Shown here: positions 58,036 through 64,000 of the stretch, piece by piece
How positions within the stretch are numbered: position 1 is the stretch's first letter
How the letters are laid out: each line of letters begins with the position of its first letter
From: Eledone cirrhosa
Taxonomy: Eukaryota
Length of the DNA: 64,000 nucleotides
Assembly: GCA_964016885.1 (NCBI GenBank)
Contig: OZ024749.1
Location: 45,446,001-45,510,000 of the forward strand
Direction: 5' to 3'
The notes under the pieces: model-generated
What the model was told of the DNA's origin: nothing
What the model saw: the letters and a program-made list of their open reading frames with translations, nothing else
Database searches by the model: none
Program-made: the position numbers and the translations under genes

Positions 58036-58604
58036 CATTCATGCATCTTTACTTATATGTAATATGCCACTTAGCATCAACTTCCGTTTTCGGAACAGTT
58101 AATGAACCAGTAACCCCCGGTCAAATGACACTCAGTACGCATGCACAGTTTGTGGTAACGATAACGACCGACATTTTGACAACTTAAATACCTTTCATCA
58201 CCACATTTGTGATTTAATATTAAGGCATTGCTCGGAACGCCTGATTCCGTTAATCTGGATCTAGGTATAATTCAACATCTATAATGTTTCTCTTTATTTA
58301 ACTTTTCATACATGTTTTCAGTTATGCATCTATCTCTCACAATCCATTTGTCGTCATCTATCGCAATGTATCATTGCATCGATTTTTTTCATGTCTATAT
58401 CTCTGTGTGTATATTTTTGCGTGTACTTCTTAACTAAATGTACGGCTTTCTTTACTTCTCTATGTTTGTCTATATTTCTCTCATGCCATCTTTCTCCTAT
58501 TTCTTTCTTTCTTTCTCTGTAAATTCTTGCTAATGTGAAATATATTTGTTTTCTCGCATTACAATAGGATGAAGAAACAAAAATACAAACACTACTGACA
58601 CACA

Positions 58605-58682
<78 letters not shown>

Positions 58683-58685
58683 TGT

Positions 58686-58828
<143 letters not shown>

Positions 58829-59101
58829 CTATATATATATATATATATATCTGTATATATACATATATGTGCGTGTGTATGTGAATGTGTGTCGGTGTCT
58901 CTGTGTGTGGACCTGTGCGTCTACGCGTGTGTGTGAGTGTATATTTTAGTTGATAATATGTGTAACTATTTCAGAAAATGGCTATATGAATACATACATC
59001 AAAGTTTAGTTAAAGGTTTAAAGAAGCACGTCATAATCCACGACTACACTCATACACTAACTTACATACATATATAAATATACAGGCATAACAATACAGA
59101 C

Positions 59102-59350
<249 letters not shown>

Positions 59351-59754
59351 TATATATATATCTACACTTTCAAACAGAATTACGAGTGTGGTGATGAGTA
59401 GCGATAAAACACCAAAAAGAAAGCAAAAGTAATTGCGTCAGTCACCATGTTTCATATTCGAAGTCCATTATAGAAGTAGAATAATACCCTGGAGGTATAT
59501 GTTGCATCTTTCTAATGTAATGCTTCAAAAAAGTACACGTAGCGCTCCATGTATTCCATATATCTTTGCATCTCTCTGTTCACCCTCTGAATCTGTTTCT
59601 GTTTGTTAAGTAGAGCTTTCCAGAATATAATCCTAAACCTCCTTGACTATTTTTTCCTCTTTTATTTATGTCTTAGTTTAGTCTCTCACTTTCTGTGTAT
59701 GTATGAACATAAACCTCTTTTTTATCTGTAACTTCATATTGTTATGCATGATGT

Positions 59755-59801
<47 letters not shown>

Positions 59802-59831
59802 CACGCATACATACGCTTACCCCACCCACAC

Positions 59832-59878
<47 letters not shown>

Positions 59879-60026
59879 CGTGTGTGTGTGTATTTTATGT
59901 GTGGGGGAATGTATTATTAATTTAATGACATGTTATTCCATATACAAACGGATGCCTTAATGACTCACAAATATTCCTATATATCAATCTAGGTATCTCT
60001 CTCATTGTGATACTCCCTCTCTCTCT

Positions 60027-60179
<153 letters not shown>

Positions 60180-60242
60180 AGTAGATATATAAGTATACAA
60201 ATATGTATGCATATATATGTATATACACATATATATATATAT

Positions 60243-60399
60243 AACAAAGGAAATGTGGTAAGGAACCAGATGGGCCATAACGCACCAAAATACTCAATAC
60301 TTAGGGTAGTAGAGTGGGTAATAGGAACTAAAAATTGAGTCCAGAATTAGCCGTCGAAACGGCTTGAGCACAGCCGTCGGGGTCCTACTCATTCCTATA
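60243..60399 (-). mobile_element. Family P1 element (reverse orientation)
   Basis: Reverse complement of the 9871/48560 family, flanked by (TA)n. Confidence 0.85.
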
Positions 60400-60407
60400 T
60401 ATATATA

Positions 60408-60481
<74 letters not shown>

Positions 60482-60490
60482 TGTGTGTGA

Positions 60491-60553
<63 letters not shown>

Positions 60554-60569
60554 TGTGTGTGTGTCTATA

Positions 60570-60915
60570 AATACAGCTATCGAGCGAGTCCATAATGAAG
60601 ATCACCCCGCTGCCTACCTCTGGCCAGGAACGGGTGGAAACTTTCCTCTCACTGGTGACGTGAACGAGAGAGGTTGTCTGCGGAGCAGGTTGAAAGGACT
60701 GAAGACAGACACTTTTTACTTCATCCAATCCCTCATCAACTTTTCTTAAGTTTCACCGGGATAGAAAGGTGAGGATAGAGAGAGAAATTCTACTTCCTGC
60801 AAATTTGCTAAAATGTTTGTGAATATTGTTAGCTTGGTCCGTCTGAATGGGTCTACTCTGAGCATGTAGGCAGATTGATGTGAAGTGGAGAGAGGTGCTC
60901 TTCCTGGGAGCTATC
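60570..60915 (+). mobile_element. Tx1/L1-like ORF2 C-terminal remnant
   Basis: RLKGLKTDTF..QSLINF / RKVRIEREIL..KFAKMFVNIVSLVRLNGSTLSM across frameshifts; family assignment is from recall. Confidence 0.55.
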
Positions 60916-62004
60916 GAATAGTTAGATGGTTCAGAATTCGTTGTGTGCCTCAGTACATGTTTCTACTTGCATAAATACAGCTTTAGAAATCAAACCCGAC
61001 AAGATGCAACGTCACTTCATATATTCCCCCCACGAAAACACACATTCCACTCCACTTTGCAATGTGAATTCTAGGTCAATGTCAACTATTACTCCGGAGA
61101 CGTTAAGCATGAAAACTTTGCTCCAAGGAAACCATAACTATACTGTTGGCCTATGAAAAACTATTCAACATAAAGAACAAACAGCATAAAGAACAAACTA
61201 TCTACATTGCGTAGACAAAGGATATTGCAAACTTATTTTAACCTCAAACACATCCCGGTGTATAAGAGAATTTGCTGCTAATATACGAGAGATACAACAA
61301 CAGACACACACTTCACTCTTTCCAGATATTTGAAAACCAATAAAACACGTGTTACAAGAAACACACTAACAAAAGGCATATCTAACTCATATAAAGCATC
61401 ATCAATGACATTTGAGTGAAGGATACCGATATATAACCCCAGGCAAACAGGAAAGTACCCAGCCATTCCGACACAAATTGTAAAATATAACAAAACACGA
61501 TTATAAAACACTTTCTAAACATATGACGTTAGGCACAAATACGTAGATACGACAATTACAAACTTAAACACTAGTGGTAGTGCATAACTAATGGCTTACA
61601 CAATATGCATAACATACAAATTAAACCCTATGAGAAGAAACACGAAACAACAAACAATAGAAAGAACCACCATACTACAACACTAAAACACTATTAAACA
61701 TAGACAGGCAAAGCAATTGTAGTTGGATAGGGCATACATATTATTGTGTATTACGATACCACTAACAAATGTATCACTCTACTGTATCGAACTAAATGAC
61801 CTAAACATTTATGCACATATTATATGTATTATGGAGAGACATACGTATTAATAAAATATGAATTCCAAAAGAATTACCACCACTGTGTCGATATGTATAC
61901 ATAGATCAATATTCTTGCGCGTTATATCATATATTTATACAAGTATTACAAACTCTTCGACACACACACTCATATTTTATATATTTATGTATATATATAT
62001 ATTA

Positions 62005-62037
<33 letters not shown>

Positions 62038-62105
62038 AATATATATATATGTATATATATATGTATATACATATATATATTCATTTATATATATATATAT
62101 ATATG

Positions 62106-62144
<39 letters not shown>

Positions 62145-62238
62145 GAATATATACATATGTATATATATATATATATATATATAAATGAATATATACACAT
62201 GTATATATATATATATATATATATACATATATATATTC

Positions 62239-62349
<111 letters not shown>

Positions 62350-62356
62350 TATATTC

Positions 62357-62414
<58 letters not shown>

Positions 62415-62836
62415 GTGTATATACATATGCTGATTTGATTTTTTCAATTACAGTAAACCAATTTAGATGTTATATTTTTAGGGAGTATCCGTAATATATG
62501 AAACATCTGTCACCATTATCTGCCAATATATCTCCAATTGATGCAAATCATTCGAACGTATAGCTCTACGCCGGAATATAACGTTTTCGACATTCATGCG
62601 CATAAACACTGGCAGGTGAAACATTCTCAGTCATCTACTCGAACTATCTCTCGTATATTTGTTTCTTGTACCCTCTTACTGTGTGTGTATGTGTGTGTTT
62701 ATGTGTGCGTGCGTGTGTGTGTGTGTGTGTGAGTGTGTGTGTGAGAGACAGCGAGAGCGAGAGAAAGAAAGAGAGAGAGAGTGTGTTTGTATATATGTGT
62801 AAGAACATATGTATGAGCGTGTATGATTTTATATTC

Positions 62837-62908
<72 letters not shown>

Positions 62909-62919
62909 GTATATATATG

Positions 62920-62990
<71 letters not shown>

Positions 62991-63012
62991 GTATATATAT
63001 AGTTAGATAGGC

Positions 63013-63044
<32 letters not shown>

Positions 63045-63398
63045 CTTTCAAGCCATATTTCCATCTTTCGTTTTATCAATAAACATGTCTACCATTATTT
63101 GTTTGTCAACTTTTCTTTCATTTCATATGTCCAATTGTATTTCGTTTTGAGCATATACAGAAACGTATACAAATATCCACATATATACATATACTCGCAA
63201 AAACACATATGCCTACAATATCTATATATATATTGTGTTGTCAAGTATGAAATTTGTAGAAATCTCTTTTTTCTCTGAATTTTTAAATATGTCATACTTG
63301 ACGGCTCAATATATATATATATGTGTGTGTGTGTGTTGTGTGTGTGACTGTGTGTGTCTGTGTTTGAGAGAGATAGAGAGTGTGAGAGGGATGGAGAT

Positions 63399-63473
<75 letters not shown>

Positions 63474-64000
63474 GTGTGTGTGTGTTTTATAATTTGTGAA
63501 TTAAATTCCTAATGTATATACACAATTCTCTATCAGTTTAAACTATTTCTTCTTTCACTACTTTGTCTGATACACAATTCCAGCAAAGTCCATATTTTAG
63601 TACTGGACTATCTTGGCGCAACATGAGTTACATTTGGGTGACATTTATTATATCACGTTTGAATGCACCTGAAATATTTTTTTCATTTCAGTGTTTCGAA
63701 TTTTGACACGAAAATCAATTTTTTTAATATTATTTTTTTATTCTTGGATGAATAAGTTATGGATTATTAATTTTGATTAATTGAATAGGTTGTATTGAAT
63801 GGAAAAGTAAATCGTGTGACCAATGAAGTATACCAAAACGAGTACAGACTATTGTTAACTTGATTGAATGTTAAATGGCTTATGCTATTTAAATATAACA
63901 CTATTTAAATATATTAGATTAGTGAAAATTAAGTTTGTAGAACTCTTTAGCATAAATATGTACGAATGATTTATATAGGGTTTACAATATTTGATTTCAT

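Overview
This is an AT-rich, microsatellite-saturated animal genomic window with no intact protein-coding gene that I can support. The tRNA-derived SINE families and repeat landscape resemble an octopus/cephalopod genome (inference from recall, not a database result). Nearly all supplied ORFs are translations of (TA)n, (CA)n, (GA)n or trinucleotide repeats. Real content: (1) about 19 copies or fragments of one tRNA-headed SINE, several with clear target-site duplications (TSDs), plus a second CORE-type SINE; (2) remnants of R4/Dong-like (zinc knuckle + RLE endonuclease), RTE and Tx1/L1-like LINEs and small MITEs; (3) a three-exon decayed WD40-repeat gene at 17.2-18.8 kb; (4) most interesting, a dense set of short non-coding elements embedded in (TA)n tracts. 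These carry minimal type I hammerhead-ribozyme motifs (CUGANGA...GAAA-palindrome-UH) and/or long inverted duplications of their own 3' ends, including a 422-bp loopless palindrome. They resemble non-autonomous Penelope-like/retrozyme elements from several sequence-unrelated families. Coordinates were counted by eye and edges may be off by a few bases.
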